NCBI GenBank assembly: GCA_964016885.1 | Contig: OZ024761.1 | Span: 29,574,001 to 29,638,000, forward strand | Direction of reading: 5' to 3' | DNA length: 64,000 nucleotides | DNA from: Eledone cirrhosa | Lineage: Eukaryota | Shown here: positions 12,511 through 26,139 of the stretch, piece by piece | How the letters are laid out: the number at the start of each line of letters is the position of its first letter | Position numbering within the stretch: position 1 is the first letter of the stretch | Notes under the pieces: generated by a model | What the model saw: only the letters and a program-made list of their open reading frames with translations | Database searches by the model: none | What the model was told of the DNA's origin: nothing | Translations under genes and position numbers: made by a program

Positions 12511-14372
12511 GCAATAAATATTGATAGCAGAAAGAGAGAACAATTTATATTCCCAGCATGAAATACTGGAGACTAACAGTAACAAGAAGGAGGGTTGATA
12601 ACTGTGTGCCATGAGATACAGATAACATCCATATTTATAACGTTGATAGGAGAAGAGCGTCTAAATGAGCTGTTGAAAACAATCAATATAAAAAGAACAG
12701 CACAGTGTTGAGCTGAGAGGCCGGCTGTTCAGAGAGACGATGAAAATATTTCCTCACCTTAGACTTGTCAAATTTGTCTCACTAGATATTTCATGGAATT
12801 GATTTTTGTTTCTTTATAATCCTTTCATGACTGCCATCCTAATGAAATTACACTGCGAACGTGTTTCAATTCATTTTGAAAATAATTGAGAATTCAAAAT
12901 TCAGAAGGTTTTAGTAAAATTACCACCATTTTCGTTATTAAATCAGCGTTTATGTTGCAAAGTAAATCAAGAAGGCCTTACATAGAATTATGACGAAAGG
13001 TTTTAATTAAAATCCAGAAACTTTACAATGGAAGAGTTTATATTATAGAACCATTTGTGGTCTCAGATGAGTTAGTATTAAAACTGGCTCCAATTTCTAA
13101 GTTCAACTGGTTGTTAGCACACAGGATGGGGATGGATGCATTAAATATTTGAAGCGATGAGTTTAGATTTTAGCAAGGAACTGACAGAGGTGTTACAGTG
13201 TAGGACAAAATGACTGGTGATATTTGGTTTGGCTCTCTATGCAACGAGTTCAAATCCTGCCTTGGTCAACTTTTGTGATCAGTCCAGAATGGTGGATTGG
13301 CAGTATTTCATCCAGTTCTTTCCATTCTTGGTTCAAATTCCGCTATGGTATATTTGAGTGGTAGAACAAATCCATCATTTAGTTTAACACCTGATACTTA
13401 GTTGAATTTAGCAGAGTCCACTCTATTGTAAATATTTAAACTGAGTCTCCAGTTTAAGAAGACCTTCCTCACTCTAACCCTACATACATGGGTCAGATGG
13501 GCTGTCACATTATGAGGATAAACAGGTCAGTTGATCCACATCTTGCTCACACAATCCATTTTTCACTTGGTTTTTCTACGACTGGATGCCTCTCCTAATG
13601 CCAACAGCATTTAAGAGTGGACTGGGTGCTTATTTTGCCGTTCCTGTATCTACATTTACGTTTGTGTCTGTGTTTAAATCTCATAACTTAGCAGTCTGAT
13701 AAAAATAATATTGAGGGAAAAAAAGTACTGGGATCGATAGTGTTGACTAAAATCAAGACAATGCAAAGGCCTAATGACTGACACCAGTAAAAGAATGAAG
13801 GAATTGACTCAAATAATCTAGTTGAAGTCTTTAACAAAACTGCGACTTGATATAGCTGACTAGCTGATGGCATTGCTCTAGTATGGTCGCAGTCTAATGA
13901 CTGACACCAGTAAAAGAATGAAGCAATCATGTCAAATAATCTAGTGCTCTTTAACAAAACTGCCACTGGAGAGAAAGAGAGAAAAACAAACCTTCACTAT
14001 CACACACCACATTATTTCCAATGGATAATCAGATTTCTGATACTAAATTATGTATATTAGTGTGTGGGGGCAGAAGGAGGGGGGGGGGCGTTTGTAGGAA
14101 CACATACACCACATGCATATATTTATATGTGTGTGCTTGTGTATGTATGAATATATATATATATATATATATATATTCACATATACATACATACACATAT
14201 ACAGGTGCTTGTGCATATTTGTGTGTGTTGGTATATATTTGTGGTCTATTAGATTTCCATTTCTATATAAAACATATGTGTGTGTGTGTGTGTGCATGCC
14301 TCTGTGTATGTGTGTATCTAAGTGTATGATCATATATATATGTGTGTGTGTGTTTTATATATCCTCCTCCCC

Positions 14373-14412
<40 letters not shown>

Positions 14413-14474
14413 CATACATATATATATACATACATATATACATACATATATACATATATACACACACACACACA

Positions 14475-14506
<32 letters not shown>

Positions 14507-14543
14507 CATATATACACACACACACACATATACATACATATAT

Positions 14544-14614
<71 letters not shown>

Positions 14615-15107
14615 AAATTCATTCAATGTGTATGTGCGTGTGTGTAAGGATGTATGATTTTCTTTAGTGTATGTACAGTCTGTATAGTGTGTGTACAAGC
14701 CACATCTTGTAGGTGTGAGTGAGTGTGTGTATGTAGGTGTGAGTGAGTGTGTGTATGTAGATGTGAGTGAATGTGTGTATGTAGGTGTGAGTGAGTGTGT
14801 GTATATAGATGTGAGTGAAGCCAGGTATAAGAGCAAGGAATGACAAAATGTTTACGAGGAGAGTCGAGAGCTAAGAGTCAAGCAGGGGCAAGGGGGAGGA
14901 AGAGAGTCAAGCTAATCAAGTCAGTTCTGATCAATAAGCAAATAGCTGTTCAATAAATAATGTATTGATTACAAAAGAGGTACAGCATGGTAAGTGGTGG
15001 ACCAAGACGGTGAAGAGGTGACCTGAGTGTATATATATATATATATGTGTGTGTGTGTATGCATGTGTGTGTGTATATATATATGTGTGTGTGTGCATGC
15101 ATATATA

Positions 15108-15161
<54 letters not shown>

Positions 15162-15213
15162 CATGTGTATGTATGTATATATATATATAATGTGTATGCA
15201 TGTATATGCATGC

Positions 15214-15245
<32 letters not shown>

Positions 15246-15450
15246 CTATACATATATATATATATGTGTGTGTGAATGTGTGTATATATATGTGTGTGTG
15301 TATATATGTATATATATGTACACATACATATATATATATATTTGCACATATGTCTATATATATATATATAGATATATATATATATATATATATGATCATC
15401 ATCATCCTATACATATATATACATGTGTGTGTGTGTATGTATATGAGTAA

Positions 15451-15499
<49 letters not shown>

Positions 15500-16069
15500 C
15501 ATATATATGTAAATTTATATGTATACATGTATGTATATATATATATATATATGTACATATATGTACAAGTGTGTGTGTCTGCATGTGTGTGTGTGTCTAT
15601 GTGTATGTGTGTGTGTTGAGATGACTGCGAAGTGTGATGCGAATGGTGGACAAGGTGTGATGGTGATGTGTGGTGAGTGGTGTGGTGTGGATGAAGAGGA
15701 CAGAGTGGACAGGGTGTGATGTGATCTGATCTGATCATTTCAAACAGAACTTCATTAATTAATAATCCTTGAAGTCCACAACACACCGATGGACATCACA
15801 TTGACTTCGTCTCGGGTCATATACATTGCCTCATCAAGACAGCACTGATGGCCGTGCTTTCCAACCAACCGACCAGTACACTGGCCAGCCAGATGACCAA
15901 GCAGCAATCCAAGGCACATGCACACATACCACACACACACATCGGAGAGATGTTATCAGAAATGGCGAAAACGAAACTAATAAGATAAGATGTGAAACAA
16001 AGCAAAGCGAGACGAGACAAGAAAATTAAATAATTTCTCATCAATTCTCTTTCTCTCTCAGCCCCTCTC

Positions 16070-16169
<100 letters not shown>

Positions 16170-16541
16170 GGGTGTCCCCCAAAAATATACATACTTTGAT
16201 TATAATGCTTTTGATGTGCATATAGATTTTTGGGGAACACGCTATATATATATATGTATATATTTCTCTCTTTCACCCCTCTCTCTCTCTGTTTCTCTTT
16301 CTCTATCATACCCTCTCTCTCTCTCGCTAAATATATTTTCTCTACCACTGAATCAAGCAAATAAAATATTGACTTTCCACATACTCAAGCAATTTAAAGC
16401 ATTATTCCATGATTATGTTTATGCATTATATTTGTTATACATACATATATACATATATATATATACACACATATATATATATAACACATGCCAGCATGGA
16501 AAATAGACATTAAATGATGATGATGATGATGATGATGATAA

Positions 16542-16581
<40 letters not shown>

Positions 16582-16750
16582 TTATTTATTTATCATAAGA
16601 ACAGATTAAATTTTAAGCAAAGAATCGCTGCTTTCACCTTTATTATTACTATTATTATTACTATATATATATGTGTGTGTGTGCAAAAAGCAAACAACAC
16701 AGTATAATGAAAAAATGTATTAGTTTAACGCTTGATATAGTCTGGAAAGA

Positions 16751-16790
16751 GTATTTACATTTTGGACACTAGTCCTTCATCAGAAGATAG
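16751..16790 (-). ncRNA. Degenerate hammerhead-like motif (Penelope pLTR-type remnant)
   Basis: Minus strand CTGATGA-A-GGAC-tagt-GTCC-AAAAT: intact first core box and stem II, but GAAA is mutated. Confidence 0.4.
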
Positions 16791-17221
16791 AATAAGAAAT
16801 AAAAGATGAACTAGAAAGATAGAGAATGAGAAGAGGAAGTAATTTGAAAAACGTTTTTTGAGAAAAAGCACGTGTAGTCTGTCAGCCATTTTATGTATAT
16901 AATTTAAGAATCAAAGAGGCCATTATCATTAACCAGAAGAAAAAAAACACTGATAAATAATAGATTGGAAATGCAAGAAACAGATTGGTTTCTATAACAA
17001 CTTCACACATGTGTATTTCAGACACGTAGACCAGTTAAGGAAGAACATATCAACTGTTTGTTTTTTGTTTTGAACTGTTTCTGATTCAGATTTGAAAAGA
17101 GGATCACAGCCCTGAAATATACTGGGTAAAACATTGCTTTGTATTGTTTTATTTGTCATCCTTTGTCCTTTACATATTTCTACCACATTGTACCAGCTTT
17201 TTGAAACTTATTGGTTTTTTA

Positions 17222-17525
17222 TTACAGAGAGAAACTGTGTCTGAGAGGGATAAATTGTAGAGTGCGATGGTATGGACACGTGATGCGCATGGAGGATGAC
17301 CGATGGGTGAAGAAGTGCCAAGAAATGCCAGTTGAAGGAAGACATAGTAGAGGAAGACTACGAAAAACATGGGCGGAGGTGATGAAAGCAGACCTCAAAT
17401 CGCTGAAGCTCATGGTGGAGATGACGAAGGACCGTGACAAGTGGAGAGATGCTGTGCTGAATAGAACCCGTCCCACCCTTGCAAGCATGAAAATGCGGAC
17501 GTAAAATGATGATGATCATGATGAA
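17222..17525 (+). mobile_element. RTE-like LINE 3' end
   Basis: RVRWYGHVMRMEDDRWVKKC..VEG...RGRLRKTW..DRDKWR is the RTE C-terminal motif, followed by an (ATG)n tail. Confidence 0.85.
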
Positions 17526-18495
17526 GGCTACAACAATGTAAAGAGGACATCAACTGTTAAAACTAATGACAACAGAATTGTTAGAATGTTACCATGGATG
17601 TGTTTAATTGGTTGTTAATATTTCAGGGAGAAAAGAAAGAAGGTATTAGAAAATGCAATTCTAAATATACAAAAAGGTGGGATGATTTAAAGTTGATACA
17701 TGGCCATCTTTAAAACATTATAGGCCTCCGAGTGAAACAATCCACTAGGGGTCCCAACATACACATGAGCATACATAAATTAGCACTAGACCCCTAAACC
17801 TGGTCGGCATGTGCCTTAAGATGCCACCAGGGGTCACAACATACACAACCACAGTTATGAACCCCTCTAACGGGTCTGCCTGTGCCTTAAAAATGCCACA
17901 GCATACATAGATTAGCATTAGGCCCCTAAATCTGGTGGGCATGTGCCTTATGATGCCAATGGGGGCCCACTACATACACAACCACAGCAATGGGCCCTTA
18001 GACATGGTGTGTCTTTGCCATACATAGATTAGCATTGGACCTTAGTAAATGGTAATTACAAGATTTGAAATAGTAACATCACCACCAATGCTAAAACTAT
18101 TTAAACCATCCTGCTCTCTCACACACTCTCTCTCTCTATCACACTCTCCCTCTTTCACACACACACATACACACTCTCTCTCACCCTCTCCCTCTCTCTC
18201 TGTAGCCTGAGCTAAATATTTGAAATTTTAATCATGTTTTTAACCATTCATTGTTGTGTATTCTACGTCATTACCACCACCACACCACACCTCACTAATA
18301 TTCAATAAATTCTACACTCTGCTCGGCTACTCTGCTCTGCTATTTCAGTATTCTCTCACAAACTTTGCCAGGCACCAGATTTCTTGGCTTCAAAAAGTCT
18401 GCTTGTTGTTGTTGCTGTTGTTGTTGTAAGAAGAAGACAAAGAATGACAGAAGAAAAGAAAGGAAAGAAAAATTAAGACAGAAAAGTTGTTGACA

Positions 18496-18745
18496 AAGAA
18501 GAAGAAGAAGAAGAAGAAGAAGAAGAAGAAGAAGAAGAAGAAGAAGAAGAAGGCAAAGAAGAAGAAGGCAAAGAAGAAGAAGGCAAAGAAGAAGAAGGCA
18601 AAGAAGAAGAAGAAGAAGAAGAAGAAGAAGAAGAAGAAGAAGAAGAAGAAGAAGAAGAAGAAGAAGAAGAACGCAAAGAAGAAGAAGAAGAAGAAGAACG
18701 CAAAGAAGAAGAAGAAGAAGAACGCAAAGAAGAAGGAGGAGGAGG
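18496..18745. repeat. (AAG)n microsatellite with periodic GCA interruptions
   Basis: Direct inspection. Confidence 0.95.
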
Positions 18746-18977
18746 AAATTGATAATGACAAAAGAGAAAGAAGAAGCAAGAGGCAGTTTAAAATCAGAGA
18801 AATATGCAAGTTTAAAAACTTCTCATCAATTAAATCAGATCAGAGAAGTAGAATGTTTGTGAAATATTTATTTATTGATGAGATATGAACAGCAACAGGT
18901 AGGCAAGACAGAAAGAAACAAAAAGACATAAAGAATAACATGTCAGACTATGTGTATTTATATATGTAAAGATTCAG

Positions 18978-19105
18978 GACCCCGGCGGCTGAGCTCTTGC
19001 CGTTTCAACAGCTAGTTCAAAATATAACCATACTCTGCCACCCCAAGTATCAAGTACTCAGGTGAGTAATGGTTTAACCAGTTTCAAACTGAATCCATCC
19101 TGATT
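18978..19105. mobile_element. Hammerhead family B remnant (inverted 3' half plus forward tail)
   Basis: Homologous to 52156-52340. Minus strand GAAACGGC-aagagctca-GCCGCC. Tail TACTCTGCC..GTATCAAGTACTC. Ends in (TA)n. Confidence 0.6.
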
Positions 19106-19194
19106 TATATATATATATATATATAGATAAATGAAGTATTTCCGTCGGAAAGGTACAGGAAAAAAGAGTGCTCTATGTAGGCTACAGAGCTTAT

Positions 19195-19318
19195 TAGTTA
19201 TATAATAAACAACATCAGATAATTATTTTGGTAAATGAAATAATTATCTTATGTTGCTGCCTTCAAGAAACCACTGGTAAATGAAATAATTATCTTATGT
19301 TGTTTATTACATAACTAA
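19195..19318. repeat. Fold-back with about 36-bp arms and an internal direct duplication
   Basis: TTAGTTATATAATAAACAACATCAGATAATTATTT is mirrored by AAATAATTATCTTATGTTGTTTATTACATAACTAA. Confidence 0.7.
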
Positions 19319-19344
19319 ATATATATATAGATAGGTAGATAGAT

Positions 19345-19900
19345 AGAAATGACTTCTACAGGAATAGATAGAATGACTTCTACTAGAACTGTTTTATTCA
19401 TATGAAATCATTAGGAATATCCTGATGATTTCATATGGATGAAACAGTTCTAGTCCTGTAGAAGCAATTTCTATATTAAATAATAGTTTCTTATATAGGC
19501 ACAAGGCCAGCAATTTTGGGGGAGGGAAAGTCGATTAAATCTACCACAGTGCATTACTGGTACTTTATTTTATCGACCCTGTAAGGATGAAAGGCAAAGT
19601 TAACTTCGGTGGGATTTGAACTCAGATCATGAAGAGCCATAACTCTATGCTGCAAAGCATGGTGTCTGATGCTCTACCAATACTGCCAATCCACTGCCCT
19701 TTTCTATATTAAATAATGATTAAATAATAATTAAATAATTGTTTTTACTTTTTGGCACAAGGCCAGCAATTACCCAGTGCATTACTGGTACTTTATTTTA
19801 TCGACCCCGTAAGGATGAAATAATTAAATAATGATGTTTACACTCTACTAATGTATTGAGTATCTTACTACCTGTGGTTACCCCTGATTGAACCCAAAAC
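19345..19900. mobile_element. Hammerhead family A fold-back element interrupted by two SINEs
   Basis: CTGATGA 19422-28, GAAAC 19441-45, GTA 19458-60, with an inverted degenerate copy on the left. The family tail resumes at about 19835-19900. Confidence 0.75.
19485..19700 (-). mobile_element. Full-length family 1 SINE with 17-bp target-site duplication
   Basis: TTTCTATATTAAATAAT at 19468-19484 and 19701-19717. Confidence 0.9.
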
Positions 19901-20049
19901 TCACACACAAACATATATGGATATCTCTCTCTATCTGTCTATCTCTTTGTGTATGTTTGTATATAATTAAGAATGGTTTTCCGAAGAGAAAAATATACTA
20001 TAGTACTCAATATCTTGGGTATTTTAAACCTAATGGAGCCCATTTACTC

Positions 20050-20400
20050 ACTCTCACACACACACAGTCTCTCCTTCTCACACTCAAACACAGTATCACC
20101 TTCTCACTCTGTCTCTCACACACACACACACAGTCTCTCCTTCTCACACGTATACACACACAAAGTCTCTCCTTCTCACTCCCTCTCACACATACACACA
20201 CACAAAGTATCTCCTTCTCACACACACAGTCTCTCCTTCTCACTCTCCCTCTCACACACACAGTCTCTCCTTCTCACTCCCTCTCACACATACACACACA
20301 CAAAGTATCTCCTTCTCACACACACAGTCTCTCCTTCTCACTCTCCCTCTCACACATACACACACACAGTCTCTCCTTCTCACTCCCTCTCACACAGACA
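20050..20400. repeat. CA/CT-rich minisatellite (CACACAGTCTCTCCTTCTCA)
   Basis: Repeated unit visible about 10 times. Confidence 0.85.
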
Positions 20401-20599
20401 CAAACACAGATACCCAGTCTCCCACATTCCTCCCTTTCCCCCCACCAAACCATCCAATCAATCAATCAATCAGATCACAGATGTTCTATTAGATAACACA
20501 GGAAATACAGACCCAATCAACCCATACATGGCAAACAAACTTAATAATATTCACATTATATCATTATAGCAATCCTATAATGTTCTTACTCATATATGT

Positions 20600-20613
20600 C
20601 TTGTTGTTGTTGG

Positions 20614-20644
<31 letters not shown>

Positions 20645-20768
20645 GTTGATGGTGGTAGTGGTGTTGTTGGTGTTGGTGTTGTTGGTGGTGGTGTTGATGG
20701 TGGTAGTGGTGTTGTTGTTGGTGGTGTTGTTGGTGTTGCTGTTGTTGTAGTTGGTGGTGGTGTTGATG

Positions 20769-20799
<31 letters not shown>

Positions 20800-21095
20800 T
20801 GTTGTTGGTGTTGCTGTTGTTGTTGGTTGTGGTAGTGGTGTTGTTGTTGGTGGTGTTGGTGTTGTTGTTGGTGGTGGTGGTGGTGGTGGTGTTGATGTTG
20901 GTGGTGGTGTGGTGTTGAAGTTCGTGGTGGTAGTGGTGTTGTTGTTGGTGTTCTTGGTGGTGTTGTTGGTGTTGCTGTTGGTGGTGGTGGTGTTGTCGGT
21001 GGTGGTAATGGTGGTGTTGCTGTTGGTGGTGGTAGTGGTGTTGGTGGTGGTGGTGTTGTGTTATTGTTGTTGGTGGTGGCGATGTTGTTGTTGTT
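20600..21095. repeat. (GTT/GGT)n array
   Basis: Simple repeat. Confidence 0.95.
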
Positions 21096-21269
21096 GTGTG
21101 TCTAGATAGAACTGATTATATCTCTTGTGTCATTTTTGTTGTAGCTACTGGTATTAAATCCCGCCGAGGTTAACTTTGCCTTTCATCCTTACGGGGTCGA
21201 TAAAATAAAGTACCAGTAATGCACTGGGGTAATTGCTGGCCTTGTGCCAAAAGTAGAAACAGTTATTGT

Positions 21270-21860
21270 TATTGTTATGTGTTGTTATATCTGTTGTTAT
21301 TATATGTGTTGTTATATCTGATTATTGTTGTTGTTGTTATTATATGTGTTGATATATCTGATTGTTGTTGTTGTTGTTATTATATGTGTTGTTATATCTG
21401 ATTATTATTGTTATTGTTGTTATTATTATGTGTTGTTATATCTGATTGTTATTATATGTGTTGTTATATCTGATTGTTGTTGTTGTTATTATATGTGTTG
21501 ATATATCTGATTGTTATTATATGTGTTGTTATATCTGATTGTTATTATATGTGTTGTTATATCTGATTGTTGTTGTTGTTATTATATGTGTTGATATATC
21601 TGATTGTTATTATGTGTTGTTATATCTGATTGTTGTTGTTGTTGTTATTATATGTGTTGATATATCTGATTATTGTTGTTATTATGTGTTGTTATATCTG
21701 ATTGTTGTTATTATTATATGTGTTGTTATTGTTATTATGTGTTGTTATACCTGATTGTTATTGTTATTATATGTGTTGATATGTTATTGTTGTTATTCTA
21801 TGTGTTGTTATTGTTATTGTTGTTATTATTATTATGTGTTGTTATATGTGTTGTTATATT
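21270..21860. repeat. Variable-length minisatellite TATGTGTTGTTATATCTGATTGTT(GTT)n
   Basis: Repeated unit that begins at the tail of a family 1 SINE (21155-21265). Confidence 0.85.
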
Positions 21861-22162
21861 TGATCATCGTTAATTCGTTAATTCCGCTCCATAGAATACC
21901 AAAAGAAATTTCAAACCAAATAAACACAATAATTGATTTTTAAAAAATCAATCAGAATAATCAATTACCAATATTAATATATTATAATAGAAGTTATTAT
22001 TATTAGAGAGGATTGGCAGTATCGGCAGTATCGGTAGAGCGTCAAACACCATGCTTTGCAGCCCATTATGGTCTGAAGAGTTTTCACGCCCTTAACACAA
22101 CTGAAGAGTCCTCTCAACCCTTTTCTTTTATTTTTTTTAGCAGGGTTTCCCCAACTGGAAAC

Positions 22163-23302
22163 CAGGGTTTCCCAACATAGACAATATCGCCCACCAGTGG
22201 GCGATTTCAACTGTTTGATGGGCAATATCAACTGTTGGGTGGGTGATATCAACTGTTGGGTGGGTGATATCAACTATTGGGTGGGCGATTTCAACTGTTT
22301 GATGGGCAATATCAACTGTTGGGTGGGTGATATCAACTGTTGGGTGGGTGATTTCAACTGTTGGGTGGGTGATTTCAACTGTTGGGTGGGTGATATCAAC
22401 TGTTGGGTGGGTGATATCAACTGTTGGGTGGGTGATATCAACTGTTTGATGGCCAGTATCAACTGTTGGGTGGGTGATTTCAACTGTTGGGTGGGTGATT
22501 TCAACTGTCGGGTGGGTGATATCAACTGTTGGGTGGGTGATATCAACTGTTGGGTGGGTGATATCAACTGTTGGGTGGGTGATATCAACTGTTGGGTGGG
22601 TGATTTCAACTGTCGGGTGGGTGATATCAACTGTTGGGTGGGTGATATCAACTGTTGGGTGGGTGATATCAACTGTTGGGTGGGTGATATCAACTGTTGG
22701 GTGGGTGATATCAACTGTTGGGTGGGTGATTTCAACTGTTGGGTGGGTGATTTCAACTGTTGGGTGGGTGATTTCAACTGTTGGGTGGGTGATTTCAACT
22801 GTCGGGTGGGTGATATCAACTGTTGGGTGGGTGATATCAACTGTCGGGTGGGTGATATCAACTGTTGGGTGGGTGATTTCAACTGTCGGGTGGGTGATAT
22901 CAACTGTTGGGTGGGTGATATCAACTGTTGGGTGGGTGATATCAACTGTTGGGTGGGTGATTTCAACTGTTGGGTGGGTGGACAATTTCAACTGTTGGGT
23001 GGACAATTTCAACTGTTAGGTAGGCAATGAGCAACTAAACAGAAAATGGTGGGTGATTGGAAATTTTGGTGAACGATATAGGATTTTGAGTATTAAGAAG
23101 GTATTTCAACATATGCTAACCCCGAAAAAATATATTCAAAGAAAATATGCAAAGGAAAAAAACAGGAGGCTAAATGGGTATAACGAACCAGTAACTAACT
23201 TCTACCAAACATTTTTGGTATGCTTTTGAATATTTACTATACAGGTGAGCAGTGGAAATTTTTTCCATGTGAAAGTTATGCAAAAAAGGTTTGGAACCCT
23301 TG
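22163..23302. mobile_element. hAT (Charlie-like) non-autonomous element hosting a minisatellite
   Basis: Ends CAGGGTTTCCCAAC / GTTTGGAACCCTTG resemble hAT CAGGGGTTCCCAAAC TIRs. The TSD is not convincing. Confidence 0.5.
22197..23017. repeat. 21-bp minisatellite GGGTGGGTGATATCAACTGTT, about 39 copies
   Basis: Exact period 21 (7-aa periodic ORFs). Confidence 0.95.
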
Positions 23303-23384
23303 ATCTAAACCAACGATGACGGTGTCCCAGCATGTTTTACCGCCCAATGACTGAAACCAGTAAAAGAGTAAAAGAAAATGAGAT

Positions 23385-24125
23385 ATCATCATCCCGTGGT
23401 CTCAGCCGAAATGGACTCAACAATTGATCTCCACGTGGGTCTGTCGTTCATTGCCGTTGCCAAATCCTGGATTTCAATACCAGAATCTCTGGAGATGACA
23501 TCAGGATAGGAGAGCTTGTGCCCCCCCCCCCCCCCCCCCCCCGTTATTAGTGACTGCTTGTGGTTTCCAAATCACTAATGGGGACACAGCCTCATAGGTT
23601 TGCATGATGGCAGTGGCCAGCAAATCGGGATAGGAGAGCTTGCGCCTCCTATTATTAGTGACTGCTTGTGGTTTCCAAAAGCACTAATGGGGACACAGCC
23701 TCATAGGTGGCACGATGGCAGTGGCCAGCAAATCGGGATAGGAGAGCTTGCGCCTCCTATTATTAGTGACTGCTTGTGGTTTCCAAAAGCACTAATGGGG
23801 ACACAGCCTCATAGGTGGCACGATGGCAGTGGCCAGCAAATCGGGATAGGAGAGCTTGCGCCTCCTATTATTAGTGACTGCTTGTGGTTTCCAAAAGCAC
23901 TAATGGGGACACAGCCTCATAGGTGGCACGATGGCAGTGGCCAGCAAATCTTACTCTCCTTTTACGTACAACAACAGATATGTATGGGAGACCGACATAT
24001 ATCTCTCTCAAAGTCAGATGTCGCCAGTTTATGTTCTGAATGAGACATAGCGAATGGTAAGTTGGTCTATTCTGTACATCAATCACAGCCAAAACTATAT
24101 TCAGTAGTTTATCATTGCCAGGCAA
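23385..24125 (-). mobile_element. RTE-like LINE 3' end with an internal 108-bp unit in four tandem copies
   Basis: Minus strand ...RKRRVRFAGHCHRA..E..SPLVL...YPDVISRDSG...AMNDRPTWR. The 108-bp period spans 23504-23950. Confidence 0.8.
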
Positions 24126-24411
24126 GAAAGCATTTGGGGAATTTTACATTCAATAACATTTCACAGCTAATTTTTTTTTTTCTCTCTCCTTTGTTTATTT
24201 TTGTTTGGCTGTTTTCTGTTGTTTTTTTTTTATTTATTTTGCTTTGTTTTTATATATATTTTGATATTTGGGACACATTCTAATAATATATATATGTGTG
24301 TGTGTGTGTGATGAGGAGGATGTATGTGCAATTATGAATATATATATATATGTGTGTGTATGATGAGGAAGGTGTATGTGCAATTATGAATATATGAATA
24401 TTTATATATAC

Positions 24412-24442
<31 letters not shown>

Positions 24443-25159
24443 CATATATATGCACACATATATATATATATACACATATATATGTGTGTAAGTAATGGGA
24501 AGGGTGTATCTGCAGTTATGATTAAGTATATGATGAGGGTGTATGTAATTATATATATATATATATATATAAATATATATATATCAGTAATATGACTATG
24601 ATGTAGCAGGTACAATTAATAAAAGTGTCCATAGAGTGATTGGTGATACTTGTGGGGTTTGTGAAGTCTCACAGCTGTCATTGTTATATGGCACCTCAAC
24701 TAACACTAATCTCCATTGTCATACATACACACATACATACATACATACATACACATTCATACATACAAACACACACACACACATATATATACATACATAA
24801 ATAAATACACACATACGCACACATACATAAATATACACATATACATACTCATACATACATACATACATACATATACACACACATATACATACACACACAC
24901 ATATATATACATACACACATGCATACACACATTCTCATACATACAAGATACAGGCAAAGATGTATTTGCTCATCAGCTGCCAAACCAGAACAGACACAAT
25001 GTGATTTCAATTCAATTGCTGGTGGTATGATGACCTATTTCAGGACATCAGAGGTCAAGGGTTGGAGTAAAATTCTCCATCCCCTGGAACAGGTACATGT
25101 AGTAGATACAAAACACTCAAAACTATGAAACAAAGATAATAGTAATGGTATCTAATTTA

Positions 25160-25845
25160 GACACAAGGTGGGATTTGAACTCAGAACGTAAAGAGCCATA
25201 ACTCTGTGCCACATGTCCAATGCTCAACCAATACTGCTAAACCACTGCCGTTAAAATGGTTTCTCATTTAGGCACAAGGTTAATAATTTTTGGGGAGAGA
25301 AAAGTCAATTCAATTGACCCCAATGCATTACTGGTACTTTATTTTATTGACCCTGTTAGGATGAAAGGTCAAGCTAACCTCAGCAGGATTTGAAATCAGA
25401 ACGTAAAGAGCCGTAACTCTGTGCCACAAAGCATGATGTCCAATGCTCAACCAATACTGCTAAACCACTGCCCTTAAAATGGTTTCTCATTTAGGCACAA
25501 GGTTAATAATTTTGGGGGAAGAGAAAAGTCAATTCAATTGACACCAGTGCATTACTGGTACTTTATTTTATTGACCCTGTAAGGATGAAAGGCAAAGCTA
25601 ACCTCAGCAGGTTTTCAAATCAGAACGTAAAGAGGTGGAACAAGCATCGCAATGACATTTTATATGACACTTGACAATGGTTTCTAATTTATAAGCAAGG
25701 CCAGGGAAATTTCGAGGCCATGGAAAGTTGATCATATTGATCCCAGAAGGACAAAAGGCAAAGTTGACCTTAGCAGGATTTGAGCTCAGAATATATAAAA
25801 GCTGAAGCAAAATACCGCAAAGTATTTCATCTGATGCTCTACCGA
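25160..25845 (-). mobile_element. Tandemly duplicated family 1 SINE copies
   Basis: An about 230-bp unit is repeated at 25170-25400 and 25400-25630, with an older copy at 25680-25845. Confidence 0.75.
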
Positions 25846-26139
25846 TTATAATGATTTCCTTATATTTGCCACCAGAGCGACAGATGGGATGAACATTTAC
25901 ATGCATGAACGAGGTTAAGGAATTTATGTGGGAGGGGAGGGTGAAGAAATCGATTTATATATATTTTTTTCTTTTAAATCAATCAAGAAAATAAAATAAT
26001 TTTTTTTTAAATATAAAAAAAAAACCTGAAGACCAGAAAGCTGCAGCAACACAAAAACAACAAACAAGAAAACAAAACAAATATATAATTATAAAATAAA
26101 GATAAACAAACAAAACATGAAATACTAAACATATAAAAT

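Noticed and set aside
14987-14995. ATG|GTAAGT plus-strand start-exon signal
   Set aside because: Isolated motif with no identifiable downstream coding exon.
18487-18888. Lys-rich ORF resembling a protamine or histone H1 tail
   Set aside because: It is a translation of an (AAG)n microsatellite with a TTG start and no domain.
22137-23030. Long periodic ORFs on both strands, and a CRISPR-like appearance
   Set aside because: Head-to-tail 21-bp minisatellite with no unique spacers, in eukaryotic DNA.
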